From contig CM120642.1 in the NCBI GenBank assembly GCA_051362555.1, positions 18,166,001 through 18,230,000 on the forward strand: a stretch of 64,000 nucleotides of DNA, given 5' to 3'. Both the position numbers and the translations under genes were made by a program. Numbering within the stretch: the first letter of the stretch is position 1; every line of letters starts with the position of its first letter. Under the pieces are notes generated by a model. It was not told where the DNA came from and ran no database searches. It saw only the letters and a list, made by a program, of their open reading frames with translations. Origin of the DNA: Lingula anatina (lineage: Eukaryota > Animalia > Brachiopoda). Below are positions 14,620 through 27,673 of the stretch, piece by piece.

Positions 14620-17600
14620 TTATTCAAATAACATGCTCGAGTGATGCAACATCTGGGCATATGCAGCACGCTCTGCACGTTCGGTGAGCTCTAGGCTGCT
14701 GTTGTAGAATCCAGAGACGTTGCTTAGCTCGCAGGTTGACGACGCTTTTAGGTAGCTCAACGAAAGGCAATTGTAGTCGCGTGTACAGTGCATGGAACAT
14801 TCAATAACGGATGGGACACCAGGCTTCGTTTTGTATATAAGCGAGGTGTCAATACCCATAGCGACATCTTGGTGAAGCTTGAAACGTACTTCTTGCACTG
14901 GAAGAGAAAGAGAAAGCTTCCTAAACGATAATAACAATAAGAATGATAATAAAAACAAAAGCTGATGCATGGTTTTATGCCATATCGAACTATTAGCTTT
15001 AAATTCATTGGGGTAATTATATATCATCCTGGGTTGAACCTGACAAACTAATCCTTTGAAAATCGATTCTGGCATTAAAAACTGGTTTCAAAGCCAAAGT
15101 GATCAAAATGAACAGAGCGGACACTGTAATTCGTGAGGATAAAGGAAATGTGGAAATGTACGTGACATTAATTGTTTTTTTTTTAGTAAAATGATTCAAA
15201 GCTGGCCGAGCACAGATATATTTTTGATATAACAGTTTTAACTTAATGCTTCCATAAACAACATGGGTCACATCTTTATAAACAATGTCAAATATGCAAT
15301 ATATCAAAAGCAAAAGAATACAGGGTACGACTTCAAAAGCCCAAGAAAGAACTTTGTACGTGGAATCCTCACTATAAAACTGACTCACCGGGCTCTCTGC
15401 ACAGTTCTACGGTCTGCAGGATCTGTTCTGCAGATAAAACCGTTCCGTACCATTGGACACACTTCATGGCACCAGAAAAGAACCTTGAATCGAAGTACGC
15501 CGTGGAGCTGTGTCTGGCTCCCATACGCACAGGTGTATCGGTGATAAGATTCAGCTGAGGGGTGTGCTGAAGCTGACCCACCTCGACTCCGTTCACCCAC
15601 AACCCAACAATCCCGGTCTGGAAATTGTAGGTAAAACCAGCATAGATCCAGGCAGTATTAGTTAGTACAGGAAGATGGTATTCTTGTGCATAAGTATACG
15701 GTTCCTTTATCATAGGACGAATAAAGAAAATGCCGTTTCCCAGCAACCATATGTGAGTTCCGTATTCATAATCGTTTTCGCTTCGGCGAAAGTGGAAAAG
15801 TGGCCCCTCATTCCTCATATCTTCCAGGCGCACGTAAGCCAGCCATGTGAAGGAACTGACCGCTAGTGTACCGTTGTTTGGGATTTCGATGAAGGAGGTA
15901 ACTGTGCCCGCAAATTTAGCCGAGCCTTCGCCCTTGCCGTAAATACCTAATTAAAGTAATAGGGATATCATAATAAAGTCGGCAGTATATAGATGAATAC
16001 GATTCTCACCGAGTTGTACATAAAACATAGAAAATCAAGCTGCGCGACTGATTAAAAAGCATTAGAAAGTTGCCTGTGAATAATAAACATTGCTAGCATT
16101 ATTTTAGGTTTTTAAAGAGATGATGTTAACGTGAAATTATTATTGGAATGGTAGTAAAGAATAATTAAGCCACTGCCCTTTTCCCAATCAAAGGGCAGAG
16201 GCGAAATAATGAGGTTTTCAAAGCGAAGAAGAGGTGACAATGTATGGTTCGGCTAAATTTTATCTTTGTACTCTTAAATAAGAGGCTTTTTCTTGTCATG
16301 TTCAGAATCTGAGTTAAGCATCCGAATTGGTTTGTCACAGGCTAAGTGAAATAACCATTGACGTCCATATTATTAATTCAATACTGACAGACAAGTTTAT
16401 GTGGTAAGAGTGATGATTTTGTCGTGGAGAGTGTGCGATAACTCATAACTGGACACATTGACCACTGTTTCTAATTAAAAGTGATGAATAATACATACAA
16501 TATTTATTTCTTCCATTTTCCTAAAAGCACGCTATGGTGTAGCAGTGTGTTGAGAATATAGAAAACGCCATTTTCGATTTCAGTGTTTTCACAACCACCG
16601 AACCAAAATTGAATGCAGAATACAGAACAGCGACAGTGACCTTTTCCAAATGGATGTGCACTGTTACAAACAGTTAAGAGGAAGTGGTACATTATATTAT
16701 CCATAGAATAAATGCACTTAAACGCCCTCTTACACGATCTTCTAAATTACATAATGGCGTCGTTTCCGCTTCCGGTGTCTTCTCAGTCGCTGGGAACTGT
16801 TGTGGATAGAGAGATGCGATGAAGCAAAAGCACATTTTTTAAAGTAATGATACATCATATACGAAAACAAACGAAAAGAATGAAGTGCGTTTTAAGCATC
16901 TGACTTAAGTTTTAAAAAATTCCCCACCTCGGAATGGAGATGGAATACGGTTGGTAGTGGTCATCTCGATGAATTCTAAATTACGAGAAAAGAAATATTG
17001 CTAGTGAAAATGGTTAATTTTCAAAGGAGTGGACAATGATATGTCGGTTTAAAGAATCGAGATTTGCAAAATTTTTTTCAGCAAAACACCCACAAGACAC
17101 CTTAATACATGTGAGGAAGCAAAAAGCTGTATTCATTTCAGAGCGTCACTGAAAAATAACACCATGGTGTGTTGCCTCTTCGCATATCTAAATATATCAC
17201 GTTTATAAATGCACTTGACAAGAAAAAAAGGTACGCTTTTAATAACCATTTATGAAAATTTGGGATATTTAGTCAGTTCACAGTTTCCAATTTTTATTAC
17301 TTAATCATATATTTTTTCCAACAAGATCTAAAAAAATGACTTTTGGAAGTAGTTTGAAACGATATCGGAGGACACCTTTTAGACTAGTGTCAGTGATGTA
17401 TAGATTTGACTTATGAGAATTTACTTCACTACAGGGGAAATATGGCCTACCTGCATTAAAATCGACTCCTTGCACAATGGCGTGGTTACCGTTCCCACTG
17501 ACGTCCAAGCCTCCGTATCGTTTGGTGAGTGGCCAAAAGCCAGCTGGACGCGGTAAAGCCACTGATTAATAACGAAAGTATTATGTCAGACAAAATTAAC

Positions 17601-18187
17601 ATATTTCTTATTTAAATCAATATATATATCAGAAAACTGGCTTCGATGATTGGGTAACTATGAATGGAAGGTTTTTGTCAAATGAGGGTACTTAGAGATG
17701 TGCCATGGTTCTGGCAAGAAGGGGCAACTTCACATACAGCCAACGTTCAGGACATATAATCTTGCCTCAGTTCCTTGTCTCAGTAATAAAACATGATCAG
17801 TAAACATATATGCAGTGTACATATTGAATTGATTATCCGAGTGGATGTACCGGTTAATGTAATGTTATGAATATAATACTTACTGACACTTATTAGTTTC
17901 TGGGAATTTTAGCAAAGCTTATACAAAGAAGTCAAGAAATACAAAATGGATTACAACTAAAATATATAGATTGCATTCTATTCAGTTTTTCTCATCGTTT
18001 TTTTTTTTTTTTTTTTTTTTTTTTGTAATCTTTGACTAAAAATTGCAAACTTCCATTGGAAACATAGATATATTGAATCACATTTCAGAGACATACTCGA
18101 ATTAAAACAAATTCCAAAACAAATATATAGAATATACTCACAACTTTCACGTCCCTCAGCAAACACCATAATAAGTATAAGTAGCAT
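14620..18187 (-). CDS. Secreted LamG/pentraxin-like + PAN/apple domain protein, copy 1 (~330 aa); exons 18187-18142, 17561-17451, 15946-15389, 14897-14620
   Basis: Signal-like exon MLLILIMVFAEGRES; exon 2 LPRPAGFWPLTKRYGGLDVSGNGNHAIVQGV (typical ConA/LamG_3 N-terminal motif); exon 3 FAGTVTSFIEIPNNG...SFTWLAYV...W.YAGFTYN..TG...LWVNG...RMGAR...F.GAM.CVQ.Y...LS.EQI; exon 4 SVIECSMHCTRDYNCLSLSY....TCELS (PAN-like). All introns are phase 1, GT-AG; total 993 nt. Confidence 0.88.
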
Positions 18188-18375
18188 CACAGTTATCTGT
18201 TATCTTTTAAACAGATCGGATATTGAGAAAGAAGAAAGCCGATTGACTCTTTTCAAAACTTATCGAGATCGCCGTATAAAGTTACTGAGTCCTGCACCTG
18301 AGGGTCCCCTAATCTTTGCTGTCGCTACAGCTCGGTTCTTTATATATATATGTAAATGTCATCAGCTAGGATTAT

Positions 18376-18665
18376 TGATCACAGGCACATGTATCTTCAA
18401 GCAAAATCCAGGGATTTATGTATGTTGCCTCCAACGTATCGAAAATTGTTGAACTGGGCGTGTAGAACCAACCAATGTACCCTTCCACCGAACCACCCTC
18501 ATGTTGCCCTTGACACATTATATAATGCTGTTTTTTCTCTCCTCGTTGTTGTATGGCATCCAGGGACCACCACGATTGACATTTAAACAACATTGCAACA
18601 ATAGGCAAATATACACCTAACACCTAACGGTGGCGTTATTCTTGAGGTCAAGACAGTTCGGTTAT

Positions 18666-18704
<39 letters not shown>

Positions 18705-19243
18705 GACAAATAGAAATAAAAAACAGCAGTTATTTTACCCTTTATATACGTATATACATATGTATGGCATCACTTAAGATTTCTGATCACAGACGCATGC
18801 ATCTTCAAGCAAAATTCGGGGAATTATGTATGTTACACTCTGATGAATCAAAAATGGGCGTTCAGAACCAATGCAGCCACTCACTGAACCAACCTTGACG
18901 TTACCCAACTGACACATAATATAGTGCTGTTGTCCTCCCCTCGCTGTTGTATGACATGGCATCTAGGGACCAGCACATCTGACCTTTACACAACATTGCA
19001 ACAATAGACAGATATACACCTAACGGAAGCGTATTCTTTGAGGTCAAGACAGTACGGTTTTATATATATATCGAAAATAGATGAACTGGGCGTTCAGAAC
19101 CAATGCACCCTCCCACTGAACCAAACTTGATGTTACCCAACTGACACATAATTGAGTGCTGACGTCCTCCCCTCGCTGTTGTATGGCATCTAAAAACACC
19201 ACATCTGAACATTACAAAACATTACAACAATAGACAGATATAC
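18376..19243. repeat. Triplicated ~280-bp element immediately upstream of copy 1
   Basis: Three diverged direct copies (~18376-18663, ~18785-19060, partial ~19068-19243) sharing ctgggcgt.cagaaccaatgca...tgacacat..t...gctg...cctcg.tgttgtatggcatc...aacattgcaacaatag.cagatatacacctaac; separated by (GT)n and (TA)n tracts. Confidence 0.85.
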
Positions 19244-20051
19244 TTGTCATACCATTTTGATCAAATTGTGAGAAATGCATATCTCCAAACTCCTTCATCT
19301 GGGCAAATTTGATAAATGTCGGTAATTCTTAATATCACACTTTTCAATACTAAGGTTAAATATATTCAGAATGTTAAATCTTGATTCATTTGGTTTTGTG
19401 ACTACTTGGAGAATCATTGTGATTGGTATTTAAAGACTGGATAATTTTTTAAACTGCAGGACACCATTATTGAGGTCTCATTTCGATCTTCGGTGCGAAT
19501 AAAATTAATGCAACCTCTCACTGTTATTTAACTGAAATATATATTTATTTTTTTCAATTCAGGATTTTGTGATAACATTTAATTCAGTGACAAACAAATG
19601 TATTGATCACAAAACTTGGTCTGCAATGAAAAATGGAATTTTTTGCCTTTTGACAAAAACAATGATATTATTGATATGACTTCTGATAGTAATTATGCAA
19701 ATATTAATAATAGTATTACAAATATTAATAATAATAATAAATACGAAACTTTCCGTTAAGATACTCAATATATATATACTTACAAATTCCTATAACTTGT
19801 TTTGAATGAACGTCTTAATTAACGTTTTATACGAGATAAATCGAAAAAAAATGTAACGTCAGCAAATTTACACAATAGAAAAATTGCTATGAGGACAGTG
19901 AACAGCAAAATCGATCATTTCAAACGATAAAAATCACATTTAGTTTCTATAATTGTTGGTAGTCATCTGTTAGATTCATACTCGTGTCATTAGCAGAGGA
20001 AATCTGAAGGGGGCAACACCTAATACCATGTTGTAAATTATGCCACGCAAG

Positions 20052-20110
<59 letters not shown>
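20052..20110. repeat. (GT)n(GA)n compound microsatellite
   Basis: Directly visible. Confidence 0.9.
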
Positions 20111-20112
<2 letters not shown>

Positions 20113-20874
20113 ATTTGGCCACGTTGAACGTCCACCACGTTCTGTTACTAATGTTTCCATATCTTAGCACGCCATTATTGTCATAATAACATATTGAGCA
20201 ATTGTCAAACACACGGTCGAGTCATTTGTTGGAAATATTGATCATATATATATTCTCAGTCATATTGAACTTAGTTTCGACAGCTTCATTTAAAATAACT
20301 AGCAGATTAAATAACAGGAAATGGAATGTCTGTGTAAAAAGCTCATACCCTCTCGATGGAGTTTACATTACAAAGGAAGACCATAAGATCCAATGTAATC
20401 AAAAGCTAACTAGGCGAATTGTTTGCAAGAAAAATATATTGAATGCATTGCCGTATTCGACGCCTCACGATATTATGATACTGTGTAAATCCCACAGTCA
20501 GCATTTCTTTTTCATTACGCTCTAATTATCGTAATAACGTATAGTTATGTTGTTGGAAAAACTGCTTTTTCTCTGAGCCCACTTCTTCACTCCTGTTCAC
20601 TTCCAGCTAAAAAATGACAACTCAGCTTCACGTCTTACACCACTATACGTCACTTCCGTCACAATCCTGTCTCCTCCGGTACCTTCTATTGCTAGGCCCC
20701 TTAGTAGTCAGAGTATGGATAAGCGGCACTGTTTTCAAGTGGGGTCGGATATTTTTGATCCGCAGACCAGTTACAGTTATTGTCTGCGGATCACCTGTTC
20801 TGAATGCGGCCTATGACAGATAAATATACCGAATTAAAAGTGTTTTAAAAGGCTTAACTAGACGATCCATCTTA

Positions 20875-21089
20875 GACCCCATTTCCAGAGATTAGATCGA
20901 TCTACTTTAGATCGACCTAACTCCCTGGGGGTTCACGCTAAATAGCTGTCGGCCGAGCGGACACCAAAGTTAATCACACTCTTACAGCTTGTAGTAGGCG
21001 GGACGGACATTTAAGCCGGATTATCTGACAGTAATCTAGTGAGACTCCCCGCGGGGATAGATCGATCTAAAAGCTCTGGGAATACAGCC
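20875..21089. mobile_element. PIF/Harbinger (Tourist-like) MITE with TTA target-site duplication in the 3' UTR of copy 2
   Basis: Filled site cgatccatcTTA-[gaccccatttccagag...ctctgggaatacagcc]-TTAaattcgtcgg; paralogous empty sites cgatccatcTTAaattcgtcgg at ~27647-27669 and ~31715-31736. Confidence 0.85.
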
Positions 21090-21107
21090 TTAAATTCGTC
21101 GGCGAGC

Positions 21108-22951
21108 TTAATGGTACAACATATTCGCAGGATGCAACAGTTCGGCGTACACCTCGCTGTCTGAACGTCGGATAAGCTCTAGGCTGCTGTTGTAGACGGT
21201 GGAGTACTTACTGAGCTCACAGGTTGCCGTAGTTTCCAAATAATTCACTGATAGGCAGCTGTAGTCTCGGCAACAGATGGCGGCACATTCTATCAGACAA
21301 TGGATTCCATGTTCTGATCTGTATGTAAGGGAAGCGTCAATTCCCACAGCGTAACGTTTGTATATCTTAAGCTGCGTGCCTTGCACTGAAAGCATAATAA
21401 GAACTTTTGCGACTAAAATAGTCTGAAAAGGCAGACATATATCTTTATTTTTTCGACAATATCGGAGGAAATAGAAAATCACTTACACTGAGGAGGCTAT
21501 CCTTTCACCACCATTTGTCTCTTTGTTTGTTTGTTTGTTTGTTTGCCACCTAGGCCAACTCCAAAATAGATGGTATATGGCATTTCCAGAATAGGTCAGA
21601 AAAGAGCTACATAATCCCTTGAAGATGAATAGCTCATGTTAGATCGATCTAGGTATGGAAACCCAGTCTTAGTATGTAGGAATTACAATTATCATTATTT
21701 CACTTACCAGGCTCACTGCATAGTTCTACGGTCTGCTGGATCTGTTCTGCAGATAAAACGGTTCCGTACCATTGGACACACTTCATGGCACCAGAGAAAT
21801 ATCTCGCATCTGTAGTTGAGTTGTGTCTGGCTCCCATACGCACAGGTGTATCGGTGATATGATTCAGCTGAGGGGTGTGCTGAAGCTGACCCATTTCGAC
21901 TCCATTCGCCCACAACCCAACCATACCGGTCTGGAAATTGTAGGTAAAACCAGCATATACCCAGGCAGTATTAGAAAGTACATGAAGAGAGTAGGACTGT
22001 CCTAGAGTATATGGCTCTCTCATCACAGGACGAAGCGTGAGTGATCCTCTCCCAAGAGTCCATATTTGAGTTCCGTAATTATAATTGCCTTGTCCAAGGC
22101 GAAAGTTGAAGAGTGGCCCCTGGTTCGACATGTCTTGTAGGTGCACGTAGGCCAGCCATGTGAAAGAACTGACATTCAGTGCTCCATTGTTTGGAATTTC
22201 GATGAAGGAAGAAACTGTGCCCGCAAATTTTGCCGCACCTTCGCCAATACCGTAAATACCTTGTTGTAAAACAATAGGAAGTTAAGGATTTTGACGTTTG
22301 TAGGTCAAATTGCACATAGTGGTACATTTAATAGCATGTTTAAAATTTGTGACCACACGAGGTTCAACTCTGCTGGAAACCTTTAATGAAACGAAACTTC
22401 TTGTACACCATTTGTATTATATCGTGGCGATAATACCTGTATCAAAGTCGACTCCTTGCACAATGGCATGGTTACCGTTCCCACTGACGTCCAAGCCTCC
22501 GTATCGTTTGGTTAGCGGCCAAAATCCAGCTGGCCGCGGCAGGACCACTGAAAGGTATAATTCCATTATCAAACATGAAGTTTCTCGTTACGTCTCTGTT
22601 GTCCATGTTTAGGGGAGATGCTCAACGGGATTCTTTTCGTGATGGGCGTTATATGATTCAAATCGGAATACATTATCACGCATGGATATTTTTGTGTCCA
22701 GACAAGGCAAAATATTATGTTATAACTTAAAGAATCCCAAAAATAACCTTAAGTTTTTCATTGCACTGAAAACACAAACCAATTTCAACGTTATTATTTC
22801 GAAGCAAAAATTCGCCATCTTTATCTAAATAAGGACTTTATTCTATCTAGAAAGTCACTAGACATTGATTATTGTGCAGATGGAAACTATACTTACTGGT
22901 TGCACTTTCTGCCACGATACCCGTAAAGACGATCACAAACACCAACAGCAT
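21108..22951 (-). CDS. Secreted LamG/pentraxin-like + PAN/apple protein, copy 2 (~331 aa); exons 22951-22897, 22547-22437, 22259-21708, 21385-21108
   Basis: Signal exon MLLVFVIVFTGIVAESAT; exon sizes 55/111/552/278 match the paralogs; phase-1 GT-AG introns; open frame throughout. Confidence 0.9.
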
Positions 22952-23717
22952 CCCGTGGTCTACCTTTTTCACTGTGTTAATAACCAGTTCACTATGTTGA
23001 AAATCAGTCTCATAAACTTATTTTTTCAGTGTACTGTTCTGAAAAGATTGTTTTTGGAAAAAAATCTTTGAAAAGGTCTCCGTTGCAGGCAATGTCGAAT
23101 TCCTTTAACTTTATAGTTCTCTGGGTATGTCCACTGCACCTCTCACTTACATATACCAACACGTTCCCACACTTATCACGTCTATGTCGTCATAACTTCT
23201 TTGGCGATTGCCTTAGATTGGTAAATGCAAGAGTCATAAATTAGAAGGATTGATCACAGAGGTGTGTACTTGACTTTATCAAATTTACTCTTCGGCGTTG
23301 TCGATTCAATTCAAAATAAAGTACAGGAAATGAGTTACCCGTGTATGTTCGGCGTTCCCTGCGGGTGGATATTACATTACAAAGCAAGTGGACGGAAACG
23401 TTCTGAACAAAGGTAAACCAGGCAAATAATTTGAAAGAAAATGTATTGAATTAATTGTCATATGCACGTTTTTTTTCTGTGGTTTCTGGCCATATGTGAC
23501 GTTCTATTAAGGTGGCATTGTGTTAATTCCACGTTCACCTTTTGCTCTTATAAACGTAATAACGTATAAAATGCAATTAAAATATTCCCAGTATATAAAG
23601 ACATCAATTGAATCATCCATTTCACATACGTTAGACGGGTTGTATACAAACAGCAAGTCCCGCCTGATTCCATTTAGCAAATGACCATATTGTTTCAAAG
23701 ACAAATATTGAGTATAA

Positions 23718-23932
23718 GGTCCCATTCTCACTCCATTGGTCTACGTGGATCGCTCAAAGTCTGCGGGGCTCTCGCTGAATATAATAAGTTGAACAGGTAA
23801 ACTGGCTTCCTCCTAGCGTTCATAGAATACTGAAGAAAACTGGTGACTATACGAGTACGTTAGAAACAAGAGGAGGTGTGTCATTCAGTTAAGCTGGGTG
23901 CAGTCATTGAGGCTCCCTGGAGAGTTGGATAT
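23718..23932. mobile_element. Degenerate MITE of the same family as 20875-21089, next to the copy-3 stop codon
   Basis: Begins taa-ggtcccattctc...ctacgtggatcg...ggggctctcgctgaat, resembling the left arms at 36234 and 20875; right arm is decayed. Confidence 0.5.
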
Positions 23933-23942
23933 GTCGGTAAGC

Positions 23943-26034
23943 TTAATCGCACAACTTATACGTAGGATGCAATAGTTCGGCGTACACCACGCGGTCTGAA
24001 CGTCGGGTAAGCTCTAGGCTGCTGTTGTAGACGGTGGAGTACTTACTGAGCTCACAGGTTGCCGTAGTCTCCAAATAATTCACTGATAGACAGCTGTAGT
24101 CTCGAGAACAGAGGGCGGCACATTCTATGAGAGAATGGATTCCATTTTCTGATCTGTATACAAGAGAAGCGTTAATACCCATAACGTAGCCTTGGTGAAC
24201 CTTAAGCTGTGCACTAAATACTGTAAGAGACAAAGGCACATTCAAAGTATCACGTTCAATTTATACAGTGCAAACTTATAATTCGAAAAATGAGCCAGTA
24301 AATAATTAATTTATCACATGTATGATTATAATTTTATTATCAGTATCCTACTAACCAGGCTCTCTGCATAGTTCTACGGTCTGCTGGATCTGTTCTGCAG
24401 ATAAAACGGTTCCGTACCATTGGACACACTTCATGGCACCAGAGAAATATCTCGTATCTGCAGTTGAGTTGTGTCTGGCTCCCATACGCACAGGTGTATC
24501 GGTGATGTGATTCAGCTGAGGGGTGTGCTGAAGCTGACCCACCTCGACTCCATGCACCCACAACCCAACCATACCGGTCTGGAAATTGTAGGTAAAACCA
24601 GCATAGACCCAGGCAGTATCGGTTAATACAGGAAGGGAGTAAGACTGTCCTAGGGTATAGGGTTCCTTTATCATTGGACGAAGGAAAAATGATCCACTTC
24701 CAACAGCCCATATGTGAGTCCCGTAATTATAATCGTTTTCACTACGGCGAAAGTTGAAGAGAGGTCCCGGATTCGACATGCTTTGTAGGCGCACATAAGC
24801 AAGCCACGTGAAGGAACTGACGTTCAATGCTCCATTGTTTGGGATTTCAATGAAGGAAGACACTGTACCTGCAAATTTGGCCGAACCTTGGCCAATGCCA
24901 TAAATATTTAGTTTGAAATAAGTTGTATAGGGGCCTATAACACGTGCCATAATGTATGTAGAGGTGTGTTACCGGTTAGCAGCATTCTACCTAAACAACT
25001 ATAAATTATATGTGAATGTTTATGAAAACATCCTTTAAAAATGCTTGAATATTTTACCTGAATCGAAATCGACCCCTTGAGCAATGCCATGGTTACCGTT
25101 CCCACTGACGTCCAGACCCTCATACCGCTTTGTGAGCGGCCACAAGCCAGCCGGACGCGGCAGGACCACTGAAACGTGTCAAATACCAGGTTCAATAGAT
25201 TAAACACCACATATTGATAAAATTTTAATGTTGATGATGCTTACTCAGTAAACACGCCACTTTCAGACTGCGAAGCTGAAATATGGTATAAATGCCATCT
25301 TAGATATCAAGAAGCAACGGGGCATCAACGTTGTCTTTAGAGAAGCCATTGCAAATCACGTGTGGTTATTGTATCGTATTGGTTCAACTTTTCCTACATT
25401 TTGCAAATAGAAGAACCTAGTATTTTAATATTAATTAAAACAAAACATGATATCTACAATTGATTAACTTGGTATCCACGTGATGCGTGGTTATATTAGA
25501 TGGAATCTTGCCTTAACGCGACTATTCAAAACCATGGTCTATGTCAACCGTTAGTAGTGCACATAGACACCGGCTAGGAAAATAATTATGCGGACTACAT
25601 GTTGTCAGAATATACGTTTTGAGACCACTGTTTCTCTGTAGCTAGGTCCGTTCTGAGGGCTGGTCAATTGCATTCCTTGCGTATTTTTGTTCAATAAATA
25701 GTTTATATTTTACCGGGCAACATTATTGGTTTTAGAAGTTTGAAACATACCTTTTTGGAACTGCATGAAAACAAGTTAAAACCCCAAAGCGTGTAGAATC
25801 CATACAATGAATTGACACTTTTGGTGGCCGGTGGGTGTTTTAACTAAAAATCGCTGACGGTAATTTTCAAATAATCCCCCAAATACGAACAAAAGGCGGA
25901 TTTTCATATCTTATTTGAAGAGGCCCAACTTCAGTAAAATCCATTCATGGATATACCAGTATTACTTAATTATACTCACCCTTTCCATCGGTTTCCCCAA
26001 CAACTGCAAATGCTATCGTCATCAGAAACAGCAT
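23943..26034 (-). CDS. LamG/pentraxin-like + PAN protein, copy 3; exons 26034-25980, 25168-25058, (24907)-24356, 24220-23943; canonical exon-3 acceptor mutated (possible pseudogene or shifted splice)
   Basis: Signal exon MLFLMTIAFAVVGETDGK; all exons open. Where the paralogs read AG|GTATTTA, this copy reads AA|ATATTTA (24909-24901). In-frame alternative AGs give exon starts at 24934 (+9 codons) or 24868 (-13 codons). Confidence 0.8.
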
Positions 26035-26131
26035 ATCGTGGTCCAGTCCTTTTCTATTCTCGCAAAGTTTCTTTGACATTATTCAATGTAAATCTAATTT
26101 GAAGTCCGCCAGCATAGAAACCCGTTGCACA

Positions 26132-26141
26132 ACTTTTATAA
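26132..26141 (-). promoter_or_regulatory. Candidate TATA box of copy 3
   Basis: Minus-strand TTTATAAAAG ~100 nt upstream of the ATG at 26034; TATA-like tracts also lie upstream of copies 1 (~18340) and 2 (~23110). Confidence 0.35.
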
Positions 26142-27673
26142 AGCAGGCTTTGTCAACGGACCGTTCAGATTCCGACCATTCTAACTTAGGTAGGGTTTTT
26201 AAGACATGTTAAATCCTCCAAAGCGTCTTTTAATTTGCGTCCGCACAACCGGTTACATGTGTCTGACTGATGTTAATACGTACGTAAAGTAATTATTACA
26301 TGTGCTCTTAGGACTGTCAAAAGAGTCCGTTGACTACATTACTGTCTATCCACATTAAAACCTCATGTGCATTCAAACCTTTGTCATCACAGTGATTAAC
26401 TTCAGGAGAGAGATGATATTTTAATTAAGCTTAAAAGCTTCGGTAACGATTTCGTTGCGATATCGACATGGACTTCATTAAGGCATTCAGTTCTATTACA
26501 AGCGGACAGAAACCCGTTGCACATTTTGTCGATAACTTGCTTATATTACCTGGTTTCATTCGTGTTTGCCAATTGACGGAAATGGGCTACTTATTCATTT
26601 CGGTGGTGTGTAATGATTGGTGCCGAAACGTGATATCAATACACCATTCAGTTTGCGATGAAGTACATGGACTTTGTTTTACTGGCAACACGTACGCTTT
26701 TAATCAGTTCAAACTAAAACAAAATGTATAGGGGTAAATTACATTGGTCTATTGCGGGAAAGTTGGTATACATGTACCCACTCGAATATTAAGAGACAAA
26801 AGGTGAGTTCAGCGAGTGTTACTCAATTAAACAGAGGAACAGATCAGGTGGCAAACGGGAGATTGCTATGTTAAGAACTACACATTTGCCTCTTTAAGCA
26901 AAGTAATTCATGGCGAATACTGATGAAACATTTCCGGTTACAATGTCTGGCCTCAGCCAAAAGTATGAACAAATATGTCCGGTTAAAGTCTGACATCGAT
27001 TTATGTGAGATAAGACAACAAATGCTTTATGGTTAAGTCAACAAATTCAACTCAATCCATGACCTATACATATATAACATCAAAACAGGATTTCAAAGGC
27101 AAATCAAGACAAGATAAGAACGCACATTGCGGTAGCAGAGACAACATAGACAATAAGAACATAATCATTACTTTAGGATGAACAAATCCGTGTCAAGTCT
27201 GTAATAATCTGTTACCCAATGTCTCATTTTCCGTTGACACAATATACAAGCCAAGAGTTACAGTAAAATTGCTTTGACAGTAACTCGATATATTCTAATG
27301 GTGCCAAAGTGTGGCTAAGTGTTGTAGGGCCAATTGAATCAGTCAATATAACTTGTAAAATGTCAGTTGGATAAATCACCCGATGTTAGCCTGGTATAAA
27401 ACTCAAGGTAGATCGATAAGTAAAAAATTACCTTCATATTAAAAAAGGCGTTTTTCTTTTCTATTACTTATAATACTTATAGTGCAATATAATAGCATTT
27501 TCTGAACAGCGCGTGAGATGGTAAAAAGCGAAAAGGGTAATTTTAGCCAAAAGTGTTGAATTTTATTGCACTAAATATTTAGATAAGTCTTGAACACAAC
27601 GGATACGAGAAAAAAGCTTTGACCAATTAAGGCCATTTCAACGTATCGATCCATCTTAAATTCGTCGGTGAGC

